64,000 nt of DNA from the human T2T-CHM13v2.0 reference genome, Homo sapiens: NCBI RefSeq assembly GCF_009914755.1, contig NC_060929.1; one strand, written 5' to 3'. A program made the translations under genes and the position numbers. The notes under the pieces are model-generated. The model made no database searches, was not told the origin of the DNA, and saw only the letters and a list, made by a program, of their open reading frames with translations. Shown here in pieces: positions 12,408 through 26,736 of this stretch. Position 1 is the first letter of the stretch; each line of letters opens with the position of its first letter.

Positions 12408-14450
12408 CTATTTTATGGAATATTTTATTCTATGGAATATTCTCTCTATAAAATCATTTCATCTAAGAATAGAGATAGTTTTACTTCTCTTTTCCCAACG
12501 TGGATACTTTTTTAATTTTTCTTGCCTATTTTTCTCTGGCTAGGAGTTTCAATACGCTGTGAAACAGCAGTGGTAAACTTGGTCATGCTTATCTTGTTTT
12601 TGATTGTAGAAAAAGCCTTTCATTCTTTTCGCCATTGAGTATGATATTAGCTATAGGTTTTTTATAAACACACTCTATCACGTTAAGGAAACTCCCTTCT
12701 ATTCCTAGTTTGTTGAGAGGTTCCATCATAAGGGATATTAAATTTTGTCAAATGTTTTTTCTGCATCTATTGAGATGGGTTTTTTTCCCCTTTGTCCTAG
12801 TGCTGTGGTGCATTGATTTTCTTATGTTGATCATCATCGCATTCACGAGGTAAATCACACATTTTCAGCATGTGTCATCCTTTTAATGTGCTCTTAAATT
12901 TGATTTGCTATTATTTTGTTGAGGATTGTTATGTCTGTATTAATAAGGGATATTGATGGTAGTTTTCTTTTCCTGTAAAATCTTTCTGTGGTATCATGGC
13001 AATGCTGGACTCATAGAATGTGTTAGAAAGTGCCCCCTCCTTTTCCATGTTTTGGAACAGCTTGAATAGGATTGGTGTTGATTCTTCTTTTTTGTTTGGA
13101 AGAATTTATCAATAAGTGAAGTCATCACTAAGTCAGGTCATAAACTTTTTGTTGTTTTTGTGAGAGTGAGATGTTTGATGGCTTATTTAATTGCTTTCCT
13201 TATTATAGGCCCATTTTGATTTTCTATTTCTTCTTGAGTCAGATTTGGTAATTTATGTGTTTCTACAAATTTTTCAATTTTGTGTGGATAATCTAATTTT
13301 CATATGTGCAGTCATATTGCACATATAAAAAAGCACAATATATAAAAGTATTGTAAGGCAATTTCCTTATCATTTTTTTAGTTTCTGTAAGTTCACTAGT
13401 AATGGCCCTGCTTTCATTTCTTTTGAGACAGAGTCTCACTCTGTTGCCCAGGCTGGAGTGGTGCAGTGGCACAATCTCTGCTCACTGCAACCTCTGCCTC
13501 ATAGTTCAAGCAATTCTCCCACCTCAGCCTCCGAGTAGCTGAGATTACAGGTTGCTGCCACCACATCCAGCTAATTTTTGTATTTTTAGTAGAGATGGGG
13601 TTTTGCCATGTTGGCTAGGCTGGTCTCAAACTCCTGACCTCAGGTGATCCACCCATCTCTGCCTCCCAAAGTGCTGGGATTACACGTAAGCCACCGTGCC
13701 TGGCCCCTGCTTTAATTTCTAATTTGAGTTATGTATCTTCACTCATTTTTCTTAGTCTAGCTAAGGACTTATCAATTTTGATGACCTTTTCAATAAATAA
13801 ACTTTTGGTCTATCGATTCTATTATTTTTCTAGTTTCTATTTTGTTTATCTCCATTCTAATTTTTTCATTTTGCTTGTTTTGGGTTTAGTTTTCTCCTCT
13901 GTTTCTAGTTTCTTAAGGTATAAAATTAGGTTACTGATTTGAGTACTTTTTTACTTTTCTATAGGCATTTACAGCTATAAATTTCTTTGTGAGCACTGCT
14001 TTTCCTACATTCCATAATTTTGTTATCTTGTGGTTTTGTTTTCATTCATCTCAAAATATTTTCAAATTGCTCCATTGATTCATTCTTTGACCTATAGCTT
14101 AAAAGTATGTTGTTTAATTTCCACCTGATTCTCCAATCTTCCTTCTGCTTTTGATTACTAATTTCATTTCATTGTGATTGAAAAAAATACTTTTTGTGAT
14201 TTTGATCTTTTAAAATCTATCAAGAATTGTTGTATGGCCTAATGTTTGTGCACTTGAGATAAACATATATTATTCTGTTGTTGTGTGGAATATTCTGTAT
14301 GTCTGTTAGGTATAGTTGGTTTGTACTGTTAAGTCTTCAATTTCCTTATTGATGTTCTATGGAGAGGTTCTATCCATTATTGATAGTGGGGTATTGAAAC
14401 AGCCAACTATCACTGTCTAGTTCTCCTTTCAATTCTGTCAACCTTTGTTT
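11990..14450 (-). mobile_element. Old L1M ORF2 fragment, interrupted by Alu
   Basis: T-rich antisense L1 motifs (GGATTGCAGTAAATCTGTACATCAGTTTGGG, TTTTCTGCATCTATTGAGAT, GGCATTTACAGCTATAAATTTC). Confidence 0.85.
13421..13705 (-). mobile_element. Alu, AluS-like, with very short tail
   Basis: Antisense dimer; TSD CCTGCTTTCATTTC/CCTGCTTTAATTTC. Confidence 0.95.
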
Positions 14451-14454
14451 CAGT

Positions 14455-14623
14455 GTCCATAATAAATTATTTCTGAAACATAGTTACACTCATGTAACAT
14501 ATTGTCTGTGACTGCTTTTGTGATATAACAGCCGACTTATGTATTTGGGACAAGAACCATATGGTTTTCAAAGCTTAAAATATTCACTATGTGGGCCTTA
14601 CAGAAAAAGTTTGCCAACCCCTG
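14455..14623 (+). mobile_element. MER58 3' portion
   Basis: Ends CTTACAGAAAAAGTTTGCCAACCCCTG, the MER58 3' TIR. Confidence 0.85.
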
Positions 14624-14819
14624 GTCTAAAAAATGGCAGAACCTCAGAAAGACAAAAATAGGCTTTCCACATGATTGCTTCTATGGAGTTAGAGATATAT
14701 TTAGGGTTGATCATGACAAAGTCCAGATATTTAGCATAAGAAAATGTTCTGTGGATTAATTAGCAATCATTTCAAGTATAAAATTAGAAAATCCTCTTAG
14801 CTGGCCATGTTATAATCAT

Positions 14820-15590
14820 TGAGAAAGAAGAACTATCATGACCAAGTAGAATTGATTCCACAATTTCATAAATAACTTAAAACAGAAAAATCTATATTTG
14901 TCAGCCATTATGTTAAGTTAAAGAAATAAAAAAGCCCACAAAAGTTGTAAAACTTTCTTATATCCAAAAACTCTTTTATGACAAAATGTATTAAAACACT
15001 AAGACCAAAAGAGAACTTCCTTAAATAGGTAATGGTTATTTTCCAAAATCTATCCAAGCCTTATACTTAATAGTGAAACAGGTAGAGTTTCTGTATATAA
15101 ATTAAAAGGACAGAAAATCATATTTGTTGTGATTATATTTAATATTTAAATAAGAATCATAGTAAAATAATATAGGGTAAACATAGGTGATACTTATGGG
15201 TTGAAAAGAAACGAAATCAAATTTTTATTATTCACTGATCAAACCACAAATCAAAATTCAAAAAAAATTTTAAACTTAAAGAATATAACTCATACACAGA
15301 TTTCAATAGTACTGCAAATACTAAAAACATAAGTAACAAAGTTAATTTTTTAAATCCCATATAAAATAGCAATGTAAACTAGAAGATAGTACACATATGC
15401 ATACTCTATTTATTTAGAAAATTATAAAACTTATAAAAATTATAAAACTTTAGTTATGGACACAAAAGGAGACATAGATAAATGAAAACACATACCATAT
15501 TCATAGGTGGAGAATTCTAAATAATAGGGAGAGATACACACTATTCCTAAGTTATCTGTGAGTGATATGCAAGTTCTATCATGACTTCCA
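14820..15590 (+). mobile_element. Very old L1M ORF2 remnant
   Basis: A-rich, with CATGACCAAGTAG and ATAAATGAAAACACATACCATATTCATAGGTGG L1 ORF2-like motifs. Confidence 0.6.
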
Positions 15591-17623
15591 TCATCTCCTA
15601 AAGTTTTTTTTCACAGTTCCCATAACAAGGAAGACCTCAATTAAGATTGTACTCAAAGTATACTCCATTTCTATCCTGTTTTGTTCTCATCTGTAGTTGT
15701 TACTATATTGACAATTATACGGACAATAAAAATTAACCGAAACAGACTCTCTGGATTAGCAAATGGATTTATAGTGTTCTACATAGAAACCCACGAGTGG
15801 ACACCAGTCTGTTAGTTGCAGACAATACCAGTTGTTTGGGGATTTACCTACTCTGGCTAGTAAGCAGTAGGCACTGATGATTCTGCATAATGCCTGTTTT
15901 TCAAATGTTTATCAGCTTTCTCAGCTCTGGTGGGTGAAAAGATTATAAATGTTGCAAACAATTTGTATTTTAAACAAAAAGATTAAGTCAAATTTAGGTT
16001 TGTCTTTATTCATTATTTGTTTGCCAGTGCTTCCCTTTATTACACAATACAATAAAATTTCTTAAAAGAGAAACCTGCAAGACACAAGTTCAATATGGGG
16101 TGTGTTTAGGGGCATAGGACTTTCATGCCAAGATTTATCCTATTCTTTAACAATGTTTTCTCAGGGAATAGGAGCACATAATGCGTAACATCATTATCAG
16201 ACCGAAAGCTAATATTGGACTTTTCAGCTATAAGCAATTACTACCAAGGATGAAGTGGAATATGTAAATTGTAATTAAATATAACAAATGTGAAATATCT
16301 GTAATAAAATCAGTTTCTGAATACAATTTAAGAAGAAAATTATTTGTAAAGTGAGCTATACATAGGTATTTTATCTATAAAATATATAAAATAGGTATTT
16401 TGCCAATAAAATAGGTTAGGTATTTGAGTGATAGAATAATCTTATCTAATTGTTTGAATATGATGACTCTATCTTTAATTATACCCCTTATCTGTGTCAA
16501 TAACATAAGCAAGAATATAATCTTCCAAGTAATCATTTTATGATTTCTCTAACATACTTTAAAATCAGATAATTTTCTCTGTAATATGTAAGCCAACTTC
16601 CGTCCTTCTTTTTACCTACTTTCATTTCAGCTTCTTTAAGGACTAATTACCTGGAATGCAAAAAAAGAAATAATCTTTCTTTTTTTCTTTTCATAGTTTT
16701 CTCAGTAGAAAGAGATTTCCAGAGCCCATGGTGTGCTTTTTTCTTAGTGATTTGTAACTTTAATTTTTAACTGACTAAAATGTTATAATTTAACCTAAAA
16801 TGTTGCTAATAAAATCATTATTCTACATAACTATAGTATTTGGTAATTTCATTACTTATAAGCAGTTGAAATTAAATAAATTAAATATCCATGTATTATA
16901 CAACCATTTCACATTCTTATGTTGTCTAATAGCTAGTTTAATAAAAATATCCTTGTTGCATATGTTTTATCTCCTAGAGAAACAAATAAGAAAATATTTA
17001 CATACTTTTGTTTCAATATGTCAACAATCTAAAAATAAATTCTCAACCTTCCCATGAAAACAAACATAAAAATATTTTTAATAAAAAGAAAATACTGTCA
17101 ACTGTATTGCAAATGAAAGTTAGTGAAAACCACAGCTCATAGGTGGAGATTTCACGCTAATTGTGTATCATCGAAGCAGATGTTCATTTTTAAGGAGACT
17201 ATCACATGTTTCTCCTTCTAAAACAGAATTTAACAAATTATCTCAAGAGAAGGAGTATTTTATATCACATTCACTGTCAGTATTTACTTCTAAGAGATAA
17301 TGCTTTTAAAGACTATCTCCCAACTATGGGAACTGTTAAGTGAGAAAATTATTATTATTCCTCTCCCCTTAAAATTATTCTTCTCAGACCAACTGTTCAG
17401 AGAATATAATACACAGCACCATGCAATGTGGTGAGGAGAGAGCTACCCTGAAGTTTTTTTTTATCATGACAGAATAGACAGAGGAAAGAGGTATCTTCCA
17501 AATACTGTGTTGTTCAGAAAAGAACTTCAAACGCCACTGAATTCTTTAGGTACCTACTTGGAGCAAGAGAGGATATCCACTTTCTGAGAAAATGCTCATT
17601 GGATGTTGAAGATTACCTATTTA

Positions 17624-17944
<321 letters not shown>

Positions 17945-18116
17945 CTAGGTTTAGAAGAAGGAATGTATGAATGTTCAAAATTGTTGATGGAGAGAGTTGA
18001 AGAGGTGGCAATAGGACACTCAAATCAAAACACACAATCTGAAGTGTTAGAGGATGTGGCCCCGTGTTCCCCACCCTAGTAATAGCAAGTATCTCCCAAA
18101 ATGGAAAAGCCGATCC

Positions 18117-18355
18117 TTCAGAAATGAAAAAGCTGGTTCTCACATTCATATGAAACTGCAAAGGACACCAGATTGCCAAAAGAATGTTAAAAAGAAAAAT
18201 AAAGTTATAGGATTCCCACATTGTAATTACCAAAAGTTGTATGGTATTGGTATAAGCATACACACAGAAAGCAATGGAATATAATTTGAAAGTCTAGCAA
18301 TAAACCCAAACATATATAATCAATTGGCTTTAATTTTATATAATTTTCAAAGGTG
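18117..18355 (+). mobile_element. L1M ORF2 fragment
   Basis: AAGCTGGTTCTCACATTCATATGAAACTGCAAAGGAC...CAATGGAATATAATTTGAAAGTCTAG. Confidence 0.7.
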
Positions 18356-19178
18356 AAAAAATATTCTCTCTTTCTTTTTTAACTATTTATAATGCTAAAC
18401 AATTCTTAGCTGACAACCTATACAAAAATAGGTGGTGAGCTATGGTTTGGCCATCCTAAAAGGCAATCTGTTTTTGCTCAAATTTACTTTCTTCTCTGAT
18501 TTAATAAGTTTACACACACAAACACACACTTTTAGGTGTATTTTTGTGTGTTTAATATATTTGATTTATCACAGTTACACTGAAATGTCATATCCAGAAA
18601 GTAATACTCTTCCAATATTATTACTTATTAACTTCAACAGTATTTTATTTCTCTGTGTTTTGCATACCAGTCTATTACTTTGTCTTTCCTTTCTTTTGGT
18701 CAATAATCCAAACCATAATCTTATATATCCTATAATTTCTTAATTTGTTTAATGTCATCAGAAAATTTCTTGTTCCAGAATTTCCTATACCATTTCTTGC
18801 TGCAACGTTGGGACACTAGTTCAATAAGAGTTGTAAAAGTGACTAGTTCTGATTATCCTTCCACTGATAACTTTGTTTTTAAACAAAGATTGCATCGCTA
18901 GTGCATTCTTCTCTAGTCTAGTCATTAAAGAACAGAGAAAATAGTTGAAGATTGAGACAACTAAAGAAAATACCATGTTCAAAAATTTACATTTTGAGAG
19001 AACAGATCTCATTTCTATTTGATCACATATGTATCATCTGCATAGAGACTGAGACATAAAGAAAGCTATCAAAATGTTTATTGCCATGATTTACTCATAA
19101 ACTGAGTGTTTTTTCATAATTAAACTTTCCCAAATCCCAGAATGGGTGAGAAAAGCCACATTAAGAAGATAAAACTAG

Positions 19179-19491
19179 GGCTGGGTGCAGTGGCTCACGC
19201 CTGTAATCCCAGTGCTTTGGGAGGCCGAGGTGGACAGATCACCTGAGGTCAGGAGTTCAAGACCAGCCTGGCCAAGATGGTGAAACCACATCTCTACAAA
19301 AATACAAAAAAATTAGCTGGGCATGATGGCGGGTGCTTGTAATCCCAGCTATTCAGGAGGCTGAGGCAAGAGAAGCTCTTGAACCCAGGAGGTGAGGCGA
19401 AGATTGCAGTGAGCCACAATTGTGCCACTGAACTGAAGACTGGGCGACAGAGTGAGACTCCGTCTCAAAAACAAAAAAAAAAAAAAAAAAA
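19179..19491 (+). mobile_element. Alu, AluSx-like
   Basis: Full dimer, A tail, TSD AAGATAAAACT on both sides. Confidence 0.95.
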
Positions 19492-20918
19492 GAAAGATAA
19501 AACTTACTACAAACATCTAAAGACAGTGTCCATTATATTAAGAACGGGTAAGGAAAAACTACTTAAAGTGTATTTGGTTGTTTCTTGAGGCTCTGGTGAA
19601 AAGAGAACTAAGACTTATTAATGGAAAGTGTAAACTTCAGGTGATCAAGGCATGACTGGGTTTTTGTAACTTAAGTTTTGCATATTCTAGAGTAAAGTAA
19701 GGATTTTCACGAAGTCACTCATCAATGGAAACAAAGCATATCTAAGAGTCTACAGTAATTAATATAATCCTAATATTAAAGAAAGAAATATCTACATAAC
19801 AGAAATAAAAATGGAGTCATAGAGCTCCACAAAAATGGTTTTGATATTTGTTATTGTCACTTGTCTTTACCCTTATTAGTAGACATCATTCTTTACAAAA
19901 AATGAGTGGTCACAAATTCATTGATCCATTGAACACACTGATTTTCTCCATTTTAATTCACTTCATAGTGCCCCAGAGGGAATATTTTTACAGCTGTGTG
20001 ACCCCCCTTTAATGAATTAATTATTAAGTCTCCAAAGAATGTCATATTACATAATGATAAAATAAATTTTGAATGGTAAATCATTATTGTTCCGAATGCT
20101 GTATATTTTTTGAAAGACAGAACATTCATATACAAACTGTAAAAAAAAAATGAAGACATGATTAATTACAGAATTGTGGTTAACTCACTGATATGGCAAA
20201 CCACATACATCTGGACTTTTCCAGGGAGACGCTTTATTACATGTACACCAGGGAAGTACAAAATGGAGAAAATGTTCTCTGATGATTGAAGGCCTTCTCT
20301 TCATACTTGAGTAGGAGAGTATGAATATGCAGTTGAATAATTGAAGTCTAGACAGAGATTCTGAATAACTGATGTTTGAATCAACTTTGCCCAATCCTAA
20401 TCAATAGCTTTCTTAATAAGTAGAACAAAAACAAAAACATAAAATTCACAATTAGTGAATGGCAAGGATGAGCCTACACATATAGTCAGCTGGAAACTCA
20501 GTGTCAGGTTTCAAGTGCCAAATGTGTTACATCTGATTTCATGCCATTTGGGGAGTTTATGAAATTGGATATGTGTATATTTCACATAAAATGGAGTAAA
20601 ATGGAGTAAAAATGCTAGAAACCACACAGTAGAAAATAAATGCAATTAGGCATATCTAAAAATGAGGGGAGATGGTATCATTTTAAGTTACTAATTTTAA
20701 GAATCATGGTGGTAATCAAAGGTAAATTCTGAGACAAAAAACCATTTTGAAATATGTGTATATGTTTAAAACATATATGTGTGGCATTGTCATAAGTGAG
20801 AAGGACAAACAATAGAAATGCAAGTGTACAAAGAGTTGAGACAATGTGTATGCAGATGTGATTTACATGAAGAGTAGAGAAAAATCAGGCAAAGGATGAG
20901 GCTTATGAAATATGTACA

Positions 20919-20953
<35 letters not shown>

Positions 20954-22044
20954 CAGCTGGGTTAGTGTTTCTGGCAACAGGATATTATACTAAAGAATTG
21001 GGGAATATAAGAATATAATTTTTTAAAACTATCCAATAGAGCATGAAAGAAGAAATACACAAGTCAATAAGGCAAACAACAATATAAATTTTCTAAATAT
21101 ATCATCAGTTAGAGACCAAGAATGAATTCCCTTTAAGAAATAATGAAGAAAATGCATCAATAAAATAGATGAATAGTGATAGGAAACGTAACAAGTTGGA
21201 GAGAGAACACATAAAGAAGACTATCTTTCATGTAAGTATAAGATAAATTATTAAAATTTCAGGTTACAATTGAGATAAGTTAGTGCAACATTTTTTTTAA
21301 AGAAGCACTTCGAAGGAACTAGTTTATTAAAAGAAGAGCTGCAATGTTAAATCAATAGCAGCAAATACATAATCAATTAAGCCAGAATTGGTTCAGAAAG
21401 CAAGTAAAAAACAGACAGAAAATGAAACTAAGACAGGAATCCCTAGACTTTCCTCAATAATGAGAGAGATTCATCAATTATAGAGATTCATCAATTATAA
21501 AGAAAATCAGGAAGTCCTGAAATGAAACTGAAAAGTGAAATACAATTGTCAAGCCTGTAGAAAGCCAAAGATGTCCTTCCTTCATGCAATGGTTCAACCG
21601 ATCTGGGAGGGTAGGCTGGAGAAATTAGTGACTTGATCAGTTTAGTAATTATTTTTTATATTTAAGTAGGAGACATTGCCCATAGGAAAACATGTGGACT
21701 GCACCTCCTCAGCTTTTCTAGGAAGATATCCAAACGAACTGAGGTCTCCATCCCAAGGAGAAAAGGAATCAGGTGACAGAGTTTGATCATCTGTGTCAGT
21801 AAAGTCACCTTAAATCACATCCAGCCACACCCTTCTTGTGTCATTTTGAACCCAAAGTTTTCTGCATATATTTATACATATATTTATATTTGTTATAGTG
21901 AATCTATGTCATAATAACTAGAATGATGTGATTTTGTTCACTCTGAAAAATTCACAAGCCCATACTAGTGAGAGATGCCCATTAAGAAAATTATTTAATA
22001 GGCTTAATGAAAGAAAATAATTACAGTTCAAAACATGGGATTGG

Positions 22045-22315
22045 GGCCAGGCATGGTAGCTCACACCTGAATCCCAGCACTTTGGGAGGTCAAGGGAGAA
22101 TGACTTGAGCCCAGGAGTTTGAGACCAGTCTGGGCAACATGGTGAGATCTCATCTCTTTAGCCAGGTGTGGTGGTGCATGGCTGGAATACTAGCTGCTCA
22201 GGAGGCTGAGATGAGAGAATTGCTTGAGCCTGGGAGTTCGAGACTGCAGTGAGCCAAGATTGTGCCATTGCACTCCAGCTTGGAAGATAGATTGAGACCC
22301 TATCTGGGAAAAGAA

Positions 22316-22370
<55 letters not shown>
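22045..22370 (+). mobile_element. Alu, AluJ-like, with internal deletions and (GA)n tail
   Basis: TTGAGCCCAGGAGTTTGAGACCAG J-type motif; central A-rich linker lost; (GA)n at ~22316-22370. Confidence 0.9.
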
Positions 22371-22373
<3 letters not shown>

Positions 22374-22544
22374 GGAATGATCTAGATGATAAGATGTATT
22401 TTTCCAAGACTCATAAAAACAATTCGCTTTCTTCTAGTCCTTCTAATCCTGAAAATAAAAAAAAAAGAATACATAAACCAGAACCTAAGATATGTTGTTC
22501 TATTTATCTCTATTGCAGTACAATTTGATCAGTGTTATGATCTC

Positions 22545-22642
22545 CATCAATTTTATACATATAGACACTGGGACTAGTCAAGGCTAAAGTAACTTGTCCA
22601 GTATCTGCTAGTAAATGGGAGAGCAGGGGTTGAAACTAAGGT
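22545..22642 (-). mobile_element. MIR fragment
   Basis: AAGTAACTTGTCCA...GCTAGTAAATGGGAGAGCAGGGGTTGAAACTAAGG, antisense MIR core. Confidence 0.65.
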
Positions 22643-22693
22643 GGTGTTGCTGGTGCTTGAGTGGGGCAAGGATGTTATCAAGCCCTAGGAGAT

Positions 22694-22880
22694 ACAGAAA
22701 AGCCTAGTGGTTAAAAGAACTGACTCTGAAGTTTGACTGCACGGTTCGCAATCCAGATCAGCCACTTCTAGCTGTGTAACAACAAGTTTCTAAACCTCTG
22801 CATATATCTTATTTTCCTCATCTATAAAGTGGGCGTAATAATTGTACTACTTTAGGGAGTTTTTATAAAGAATACATGAG
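22694..22880 (+). mobile_element. MIR
   Basis: TAGTGGTTAAAAGAACTGACTCTGAAG...TTTCCTCATCTATAAAGTGGG. Confidence 0.85.
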
Positions 22881-24631
22881 TTTTTTTTTTTATAAAATGA
22901 ATATGTGGGTGAATAATTGAAAGCTGGACAGAAATTCCATTTAACTGTGAAATTTGAATCAACTTTGCCCAACTTTACCTGTAGAATGTTCTCTATGTGT
23001 TTCTTAAATAACTTTTCATCTTTTTAGCTGTGGAAGGGTTATTTGCATATGCTGGAAAGCAATTTTGAGAACGCTTGCCCTAAACACTTTATTAGCCTGT
23101 ACTGCATGAACTAAATTCTATTTATTTATTTATTTATTTATTGACCAATTGCTGTATGGTTTGAAATACATATGCTTAGAAAGTCTTTTGGATTTTGACA
23201 TAAGAGTTTCAGGCACAATTTAAAGCAAATGCATTTTTCTGGAAGCCTTGGTCGATTATAAGTAAGCAATAGCAAATCAAGAAATGTTTTGTAGCATCAT
23301 AGCATTGTTCATTCTCTTTTGGCTCTTCCTATTTTTGTACATTTTATGGTTCATGAATTGTGTATGGATAATGCAACACATTACTAACAAAAGTGATCTT
23401 CATTGTCCAGGTATCTTTGATGTTTAAATATCCCTTGAGAATGCCAGGAAAACTTTGTGAATTTTGTTTAAGATACAAATAGGGTCTGATTCATCAGATA
23501 TCCTGGTGTTTCTTCCTTTTGTATATTTTTCAGGGACTTCTTTATCATTCAGGATTACTTTACCATGCTACTTTCTGCTTCATATAGAAGAGTATTTCCT
23601 GTGCTTTTATCCTCATTAGATTACAGTATGTACTTGAGATAATAAAAGTGAAGATTGAATAAAAGCTGTTAAAATAATATCCAAATTATATAAATAATAT
23701 CGCTAAGGTGCACTCATGATTTTAACTATAATCCTCTGCAATGACAAAAAAGTCCCATAGGGTTATGAAACTAAGTAATTTCCTGTATTTGACTAGCTAT
23801 ATTCTACTTATCCCCTGTCTTCATGATCTTCTAAACACTTTTAAGAAAAAATAATGAATGACTTCAGGTAAGGCTTCACATGATCATTATTTAACATCTG
23901 ATTGCTGTCATAAGGCACATGTCTATTTCAGAGGAGTGGTTGCCATACAATATCGAATCTGCAAAACATTCTAGTTCATTAGTTTTGGCCAAGAGAAAGA
24001 CTTGGTTCATTAGTCAGAGGAATTAACTCATCGATCATACACAGTAATGTAAAAACTGGACCTCAACTGCCATTCTTCCTTTTACAAATGATCATTTCCC
24101 CTCTGATGTTCTCTACCCTATATGGATAAACCATTTGTTTTTCTTTTTACACCGTCTCACAGTTGACTCATGTAGAGCTTCATTCTTTTTACAATACAAT
24201 TTGCTTTTTAAATAGAAATGACTTATATGAAAATACAAAAATACTTGTTACCTTATTAATATTTTACATATTAAAGCTATCTAATGTAATGAATTACATA
24301 TTATTGCATTTTTTACAAGAAAGCATATTGTTACACACTAAGTACTTTTTATTGCACTGAAACTTCTCCCAACTTTTATTTAAAAGGGTAGGCATTATTC
24401 CATTCCATATAAATGAGAACAACCTTCTTAAGCCTCTCTTTACTCAGCCTTACACATCATAGTTGTGGAAAAGTACATATAAAACCCCCATAATATCTGC
24501 ATATTGAAAATGTTCAAAATATCAAATATTGACTAAAATATTAACTAATCATTATTTTCCCTGTAAAGTAATACCGGTAAATGTTTCTTAGAGGAAAATA
24601 AAAAATACAGAAACTGCAATGAAGAATATCG

Positions 24632-24988
24632 ACAGTGAGGATGATTCATTCAAGTTAACAATCTTTCCACTTTACGATGGAGTGAAAGCCACAGATATTC
24701 AGTAGAAATGTACTTTGAGTATGCATTAACCAATCTGTTTTTCACTTTCAGTATAGTATTCAATAAATTACTTGAAATAGTCAACACTTCATTAAAAAAT
24801 AGACTTTTTATTAGATGATTTTGCCCAATTGTAGGCTAATATAAGAGTTTTGAGTATGTTTAAGGTATCTAGGCTAAGCTGTGTAGTTTAGTATGTTAGG
24901 TCTACTAAATGCATTTGTAATTCATGATATTCTCAACTTACAATGGATTTATTATAGTGTAGCTGCATTGTAAGTTGAGGAGCATCTA
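24632..24988 (-). mobile_element. MER47A (Tigger-family MITE)
   Basis: Ends GTAAGTTGAGGAGCATCT, reverse complement of the MER47A TIR; internal GATGATTTTGCCCAATTGTAGGCTAAT. Confidence 0.85.
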
Positions 24989-25579
24989 TATATACTTATG
25001 ATTTCTGTATCTAGAGATAAACATTAACATTTTTTCTGTCTTTGGTTTATTTTGTAGGAAGATGTGCTGTCTTTAGCTATCTATATTTTAACACTTAGAA
25101 ATCCATGCCTATGTATGCATATATTTAGCTACAGTTATAACTATATATGCATATAGATACATAATTATTTACATTAATGTCATATGGTGTTAAGAGATAT
25201 AAATTTATTTGATAAAATATTCTAACATGCACATTTTCCTTGCACCTAAATATAATTGAAAAATACAATTTAAATGACTGCATACTATCCTCATGATATA
25301 TCTGAATTTATTAACTCAATTTCTTGTTACTACTCGTGCTTCTTTTTCGGTTATTAACTGTTACAAGTAACGCTACATTGAAAAATTTATACATAAGTTT
25401 CTTCAAATATTTTTATTCATTAAATTCTTTTCTTGAGTGTATGTGGATTCTAAAACAGAATGTCATGTGGATCATAGTAACAGATTTTTTTCAGAGTAAA
25501 TTTAGACTTTGAGAGGTTTTTATTGCAAAACTATGATTTTCCAGTGAAGGTAACTTGATAAACAGACAGATAAGATTTA

Positions 25580-25729
25580 TCAAGAATACTCTGGTAGCGA
25601 GTGAGTGATTCAGACAATAGCCTAGTCTGCTTACTCCCAAGGTAAGCAGATATGTAAGAAGGTTTCTCAGGAATACTCTTGATAGCAAGTGCATGATTCA
25701 GACAATAGCCTAGTCTGCTTACTCCCAGG
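25580..25729. repeat. Tandem duplication, period 88 bp
   Basis: Identical 34-mer TGATTCAGACAATAGCCTAGTCTGCTTACTCCCA at 25606 and 25694 with similar upstream flanks. Confidence 0.92.
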
Positions 25730-26441
25730 GCACTCCCTGCTCTTCCCTCTGCACAACATTCTCCAAGGATATTTCAATGCTATTTAATAAATCCATATGA
25801 CTTTTCTATTTTTATGAATTTGACCTTAGATGAAGCTATCTTTTTTTAAAAGAAAGTGTTCTATTTTAAGTAGATATATTTTTCTACTTCTTCAGTTACA
25901 TATAAAATTGATATTATCTACTTTGAATAGGAATGCCTTAGAAGTCTGCTTCCATTCCTTTCGAAGGACTTGGTTCCAGGTAATTTTTTAGTCTTTTTTC
26001 TATGAAGATTTTCATCCATAAAGATAAGTGCCATTACCCACACTTGACTGGTAATTAGACTGTCTAATCAACACCATGGATTATGGTGATGGAAGCAGAC
26101 TGACTGTAAAGTTTTATTTATTGCATCATTTTTAAAATGTTGTAAAACCTTTCTAGTGAGCTTGAAAGTGATGGCCATATCTGATTTTCTTTCTCCCTTT
26201 CTTTCTTTCTTTCTTTTCCAGGTCTGGCAATGTAACTTAAACATTGGGGAAACAAAATAAATATTTGTTAATTTTATTAATATGTAGAGCAATTATGTAT
26301 CAATTAAAAAATTAAACTATGAGAAAATGTATAAAAGTATAAGAAAAATCTTATAAAAGTACAAGAAAAATGCCTCAAAGAACTTGAAGCAACTTTCTAA
26401 ACATGTATGTACATTTATTAGTTAACTTCAATGTTTCTCAA

Positions 26442-26736
26442 GGCTGGGCACCATGGCTCACACCTGTAATCCCAGCACTTTAGGAGGCCTAGGTGGGAGA
26501 ATCACATGAGCCTAGGAGTTCGAGACAAGCCTGGGGAACATGGTGAAACTCCATCTCTACAAAAAAACACAAAAATTAGATGGGTGTGGTGGCACATGCT
26601 GTGGTCCCAGCTACTTGGGAGGCTGAGGTCAGAGGATCACTTGAGCCTGGGATGTCGAAGCTTCAGTGAGCCGTGATTGTGCCACTGCACTCCGGCTTGG
26701 GTGACAGAATGAGGCACTGTCTCAAAAAAACAAAAA
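26442..26736 (+). mobile_element. Alu, AluJ-like
   Basis: Full dimer with J-type GAGGATCACTTGAGCCTGGGA right arm. Confidence 0.93.

Noticed and set aside
15600-17620. 2-kb repeat-poor stretch examined for coding exons or RNA genes
   Set aside because: No convincing splice-site pair, recognisable peptide or RNA-gene motif by eye; conservation cannot be assessed here.
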